This document shows, in pieces, positions 59,999-64,000 of a DNA stretch of 64,000 nucleotides. A model generated the notes under the pieces. That model searched no databases. It saw only the letters and a list, made by a program, of their open reading frames with translations, and was not told the origin of the DNA. Both the position numbers and the translations under genes were made by a program. Numbering within the stretch: position 1 is the stretch's first letter; each line of letters starts with the position of its first letter. Origin of the DNA: Azolla caroliniana (taxonomy: Eukaryota; Plantae; Polypodiophyta); NCBI GenBank assembly GCA_043228905.1, contig JBHGNT010000020.1:11966001-12030000 (forward strand), written 5' to 3'.

Positions 59999-62900
59999 AT
60001 GTCCAGCGAAGACGAGGTCTTCTTCGACAATTCTCACAAGTTCTCTCTACGGGAAGTCTTCCTTGTAGGAGATTTCAATGCGAGAACCCAATCCCAACAA
60101 TGCACAATATTTCAGATGGATAGAAACCTCGAAATGTTGAATGTCGACCCTTTAGACTTAGACATAATGCGTACATCAAAGGATGAAGGTGCAGACACCA
60201 CAAGCTTTGGCCATCATTTGCTTGAACTTGGCAGCCGACACAAGATGATCATATATAATGGCTTAGCCAAGTGTCCGGGCTCGGAAGCGCTCACATGTTT
60301 CCCACATGGAGGAGGGGAAAGCATAGTTGATTACCTAATAGGATGCCCTGAAGCTACCCACATGGTTAACTCCTTCCGGGTGGCCCCATGCCCCATTGGT
60401 GCAGACCATAGCTTCCTATACTTTGAGCTAAAATGCGACACCTCCCACGCCACCAACTCTAGTCAACCAAACCATCACACCATAATACATTTCACACATG
60501 AGCTCGCTGACATCTACTCTCGACATGAACCCTAAACCCCTAAACCCTAAACCCTAAACCCATCTCTCCTCTTTTGATTCTTCCTTGCCTTTAGAGAACC
60601 TCACTACAAAACTCACACACACGCTTCACTCAGCAACAATTAGTAGCTTCCCATACACGAAACACTCCAATCATAGTAGAATAGGGTCTATGCCACAGAA
60701 CAAGTGGTATGATGAGGATTGTAGAGAGTTGTATAGACAACTTAAAGTGTCGCGACTTAGTGGTACTATTTCCTCGCTACAGGTTCGAAAACAAATGTGC
60801 AAGATGACACGTCGTAAAAGACGAGCTTGGGAAGCATCCCAATATTGGGAACTCTACCATATGCTCATGAGTAGGGATTGCATCCTTGCATGGAAGAGAC
60901 TACAGGAACCGCAACCACAAACACCCATCGAGGATCCCAATATTTGGCACACATATATCGAGAGACTCTACCATGTCCCGAACCAACCACCCATCCCATG
61001 CCTTCCACAACCCGACCTAACATGGGGACACTTTTCATGACCTCTAGGGTCACGAAGGTCATAAAAAAATTACAACATAGGAAATCCATGGACCACAAAG
61101 GATTGCGAGCCGAGCACATCATATATGATCGAGAGTGCCTAGCCCCCTTTCTCACTCTAATCTTCAACCGTGCCCTCGCTGAGGGTTTTCCACCACAATG
61201 GACCATGAACACAATGGCCCCTATACATAGAGGAGGGGACCCAATGGACCCAAATACATATAGGACCATTATGATAGGTCATACGCTCGCTAAACTATAT
61301 GGTGCGGTAATGGAAGCGGAACTCAACGATTATATGGAAACATTATGTCTTCGAGCACCTAAGCAGGCTGGCTTTAGACGAGCCTTCTCCACTATTGACC
61401 ATATCTTCACACTTAGGTGCTTAATTGACTAGACGAAGGCTCGTAAGAAGAAACTATATTGTTGCTTTGTGGACTTCCGCAAAACCTTTGACACAGTTCC
61501 TAAGGAGAAGTTGCTTGATAGACTTAACAACTTGGAGATACCAAATGACATGATCTGGGCCATTTATGCCCTATATGAGCAAGTCTTTGGGTGTGTAAGA
61601 TGCCCAAGTGGCCTATCCGATTGTTTCACTAGCACCATTAGTGTAAAACAAGGTTGCCCCCTATCACCGACTCTTTTTGGGATCTACATTGATGAGATCA
61701 CTAATTTTATTGCTCATAAGGGAGGCAAGGGAGTAGCTATTGGGGATACACAAGTTAGTCTCTTAGTCTACGCAGACGATATTGTCTTGCTCTCGAGTCA
61801 GAACACAACCTACAAAAGCATCTTGATGCCTTAGATGACTTTTGTACGCAATGAGGACTAGTAGTGAATCTAGCGAAAACTAAATTCCTTATCTTTCATA
61901 CATCGTCCTGATTTAGGAGTAAATGTCACCTAATCCTCTCTCATAAACTAGTTGAGGTAGTTGGATCATATGTATACTTGGGAGTCACTTTTAGTGCTCG
62001 TTCAGGTAAATTCTTGATGACCCAGGCAGCCAAAGATAGGGTAATGAGAGGGTATGCATCCCTCTCACTCTTAGAGAGACAATGCCACCATGCATACTTT
62101 CAAGAGCCACGGACTAAGGGATGGCTCTTCGACTCATTAGTAGCCCCTTCCCTCATGTATGCATAAGTAGTATGGGTCCCAGGTCTACCATCTTTCATGT
62201 GGACGCAATTAGAGAGACCTTTGGTGACGATGTTATCACGTCAACTCCGAAGCAAATTGATAGTACCACATGACATTATTAGAGCAGAGTTCAGTTTGCC
62301 CCCGATGTTAGTAGAAGCATTGTTTCAAGTGCTAGTTTTTATTCATCGGATACATAGCCAACCACAAGATAGGATATCCCGTCGAGCCTTTGAGGCATCT
62401 CGATCCCTACATGCGTCTAGAGACACTTAGAGCTCTTGGTATAACATTGTTGTGAGTTGGTTACTTGCAAACGGCATAGACATTAATAACCTAACCCCCC
62501 TTAAGTACAACCATGGGACTGACCAAACTCTAATATCTCATGAAGACCGTAATAAAGTGATACACCAAGAAATATGGAAAATTTACACTCGATATAAATG
62601 GATCACCCCACGAGAGCCACTCCCATCTAAAATGTTATACTATAAGGAACACTTATTGCACTTCTCTCAGATAGGTTTTATTACACGACCAAGATATCTA
62701 GATACATTCTTATCAAATGCACTAAGGGTGGCCATTAGACAACTTAGGATATCATCTCACCAACTTGAGATTGAGAATGGTCGAGCTAATAGAGTCCCTA
62801 GGGAGGAAAAGCTATGTAGGTTGTGCCACATAGAGATAGAGGATGAGTATCACTTCACATGCAAGTGACCAACTTATGCCGAGATACGAGTGGAATACCA

Positions 62901-63010
62901 AGACATATTAGGACCCTGTCCCACCCTCTCCAAAGTATTAGATACCCCGGACGTAAAGAGACTAGGTAAGTATATCTTAGAGCTAAAACAACATAGGGAG
63001 AATAAATTAC
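59999..63010 (+). mobile_element. Degenerate 5'-truncated LINE (APE endonuclease-RT-C-terminal Zn knuckle; clade uncertain, RTEX-like)
   Basis: Endonuclease VGDFNART...SIVDYLI...GADH. RT motifs QAGFRRAFSTIDHIFTLR, VKQGCPLSPTLF and YADD. C-terminal CRLCHIEIEDEYHF. Multiple stops and frameshifts. Confidence 0.9.
60528..60561 (-). repeat. Interstitial plant telomere repeat, (TTTAGGG) x ~5
   Basis: The + strand reads AACCCT AAACCCCT AAACCCT AAACCCT AAACCC. Confidence 0.85.
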
Positions 63011-63559
63011 AAAGTATTAACCATAACCCTTTTACTATTCATCAACTTGTAACTAGTGGAAGTTTTTAGGAACAAGGGGAGACGATGAATGTGGATACAC
63101 TTACGCCGCTCGGCCTCTCTCTTCCGGAAGCCGAAACGCAAAGAACTACCAAACGCCCTCGGATGTTGGGCTTCAAAACAAGTCGACACGGAGTAGAAAG
63201 GATTAAGAAGATAAGGGAATGTGAGCTATGTCGACTAGAAGCTATGGTTGGGGTACCTTTTACATTGGGACCATGGGCCACATCCACATCGAAACCCTTT
63301 GACCTCCCGTTTCTCTTCGAGAGACTTGGATGAAAATGAAATTAGGCCTAGTATAACATCATTTTCATTGTAGAACATGTTTGTTATTTTATTTTACTAA
63401 CACTATTTAGCTTAAAACCCTACTTTTATTTTTATTTTTTACTTTCGATGAATGGGTAAATATCCCATTTTTTGTTGTAAACCATTTGTCTCATGGGCCA
63501 ATTTTGGCCTTAGAAGACGTTAATATATCTTTCTTTCTTTCTTTCTTTTCTAGGTGTAA

Positions 63560-64000
63560 TGCATTGTTGATACATGCACCATTAGATGAGGATCTTTTGG
63601 ATATCCAAAGTCAATTGCATGTTATTATTTCTCAATTGCTATGCCAAAGTTATCGATATGCTAAGATGCAACAACTCAAGGATGGGCTCATAGATAATCA
63701 ATGTCAATCTCATTTGTTTTTCCAAGAATTACATCCTCCTTATGCTCGATCTAATGTGGTACATGTAAAGCAAGGGATGAACTTATAATGGATCCTACTA
63801 CGATAATTGACATATGTGTTCATTTCTTTAAGGGGTTGATTGATCCACAATTGTTAATGACAAATGAGGTGGGTAGAGCACACCATGAGTTTTGTGATGT
63901 GGTTGGATATATTGTGCATGACCTCATTAGTAATGAATTGAATGCGGATTTCACTGAGAATGAGGTGGACACGGTTTTAAGGTATCTTCTTAGTAGTAAA
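63560..64000 (+). pseudogene. Possible L1 ORF2 fragment running off the window end
   Basis: It ends NELNADFTENEVDTVLRYLLSSK, resembling the L-x3-FT-x2-EV region that precedes K(S/A)PGPDG in L1 ORF2. Confidence 0.45.

Overview
Plant nuclear DNA, probably from a seed-free vascular plant such as a fern (inferred from the retroelement lineages; not provable here). There are two intact host genes, both on the minus strand. The first is a SAC51/SACL-type bHLH gene (1524-3218) with a multi-intron 5' leader that carries a spliced conserved-peptide uORF (MMHTRSSKVLTSKYGNGTAGKPMIVHSFQ|GEYFRQLLKPIT) missing from the ORF track. The second is a 7-exon acireductone dioxygenase (42954-46650). Between them is a deeply nested retroelement block. 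An eroded Ty3/gypsy holds an L1 LINE (15-bp TSD), which holds Copia-1. Copia-2 sits inside one copy of the L1 TSD and holds two solo LTRs and Gypsy-A, and Gypsy-A holds Gypsy-B. A small TRIM-like element with an intact 152-aa ORF follows. Beyond ARD lie a MULE-type element, near-complete Gypsy-C, and a LINE with embedded telomere repeats. The three related gypsy elements share a tRNA-Trp PBS, 4-bp RCGT target duplications, a DHG protease motif, and a G_GAU_UUU -1 frameshift cassette with a covarying pseudoknot between gag-PR and RT-RH-IN. All alignments were done by eye.
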